From Seison nebaliae (taxonomy: Eukaryota): a DNA stretch of 36,815 nucleotides. The notes under the pieces were generated by a model. It had not been told where the DNA came from. It saw only the letters and a list, made by a program, of their open reading frames with translations, and made no database searches. The stretch covers positions 1-36,815 of the forward strand of contig JALJEE010002092.1 in the NCBI GenBank assembly GCA_023231475.1. The letters are read 5' to 3'. Made by a program: the position numbers and the translations under genes. Shown here one piece after another: positions 35,804 to 36,815 of the stretch (position 1 is the stretch's first letter; every line of letters starts with the position of its first letter).

Positions 35804-36004
35804 TCTGTTGCTAAATCATTTGCAGTTATTTATTTAGTTATCATTTATTAAATAAATAATATTTAAATAATTGGAAGTGTCCTCATCTTTCCTTTTACCA
35901 AACAATTTCTAATCCTCGCACAATTTTCATCCACTTCAACTCTTCGTCACTTACTCCTGTTTTTCTTATTTATTTCCATCTAAATCTCATCTATCATCAA
36001 ACTC

Positions 36005-36091
36005 TTTGTATCATCTAAAAGAATTTGAATAGGGTTATTTTATGATATCCTAAATTATAAAAAATACGTAATCGGCCGATAGTTATGACCT
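36005..36091 (+). repeat. Dispersed repeat copy 2 (partner at ~6931-7017)
   Basis: ttgaatagggttattttatgatatc...agttatgacct versus ttgaatagggctattttgtgatatc...agttatgacct. Confidence 0.75.
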
Positions 36092-36373
36092 AATTTTGAA
36101 AATTCATTTAAAACTCAAACTGTCAGATTATTATAAATTTTATTATATACTCATCATTGACAATCGTTTTTACAACGATATACTTGTTGTTTAGGAAAAT
36201 AGTTAGTTACTCTTGTTAGTTTATGAAGAAAATTATAATAACTTAAAGCGTGTTGAACTGAAATATTGAACTTCAAACGGCTAGTTATTTTGTTTCTTTT
36301 TGCTTTTCGCTATTTTTCGGTTGTGTTTTTTTTTTCATTTATTTACTCCGTATTCTGATCAATTTAGTTAGAC

Positions 36374-36815
36374 ATGAATACAGTGAAGTCTCTTTGTTTT
36401 AACAATGTTTTTCGAGTCGACAAAGGATTATTCGCCTATCAGGATTTTGACACTAAATTTGATAAAGGCTATTGGTGCTGGGGTAATACATCGTCAGAAC
36501 TTAAAAAAACCTCTTTCAACTTCCTGGGTACATGTGTATTTATTTCATTAATTTCATTGATGCGATCAGCACCATATTTGATGTATTACATCTATTCCAA
36601 TCATCAGAATGACAATTGGGAAAATATAACCAGAATGGTGGATGAAAGAATCAGTCAACCAGGTGTTAAATTACAATCAAGTCCAACATTAGCTGGAGAT
36701 TACTTAGCAATGGAATTACTAAAAACAAGTAGATTTAATTCATCACAAAATCGAGGTATAACAAAATTATTTCGACGGAATTACTTGGAATATTTTTCGT
36801 GGCTTGTTGGTTATG
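36374..36815 (+). CDS. 5' part of an unknown protein, open to the end of the window
   Basis: ATG at 36374 opens 147 codons without a stop (MNTVKSLCFNNVFRVDKGLFAYQ..NFLGTCVFISLISLMRSAPYL..). Absent from the ORF track because it has no stop in the window. Confidence 0.6.
   Translation, partial: MNTVKSLCFNNVFRVDKGLFAYQDFDTKFDKGYWCWGNTSSELKKTSFNFLGTCVFISLISLMRSAPYLMYYIYSNHQNDNWENITRMVDERISQPGVKLQSSPTLAGDYLAMELLKTSRFNSSQNRGITKLFRRNYLEYFSWLVGY

Overview
AT-rich, very compact animal (invertebrate) nuclear DNA with tiny (41-81 nt) spliceosomal introns. I built spliced models by hand for SNU13, two tandem FN2-plus-inactive-trypsin secreted proteins, NHP2, macroH2A, a Ly6/three-finger protein, spalt/SALL, FAM210, ENY2 and CFAP70. 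Intronless genes are EIF2B1, TMEM17, UTP18, IFT27 and an orphan secreted ORF. There are also decayed LINE, MULE and CACTA-like transposon relics and a ~9.4 kb gene-free region upstream of spalt. The standout signal is an apparently rewired splice code. Of 53 reconstructed introns, 50 start GTT (U at +3, where animals normally have A/G), 2 are ambiguous but have a GTT option, and 1 is clearly GTA. Fifteen end in AAG. This predicts a compensatory change in U1 snRNA or in other donor-recognition factors. The organism cannot be identified from the sequence; a miniaturised spiralian such as a syndermatan/rotifer relative is only a guess.
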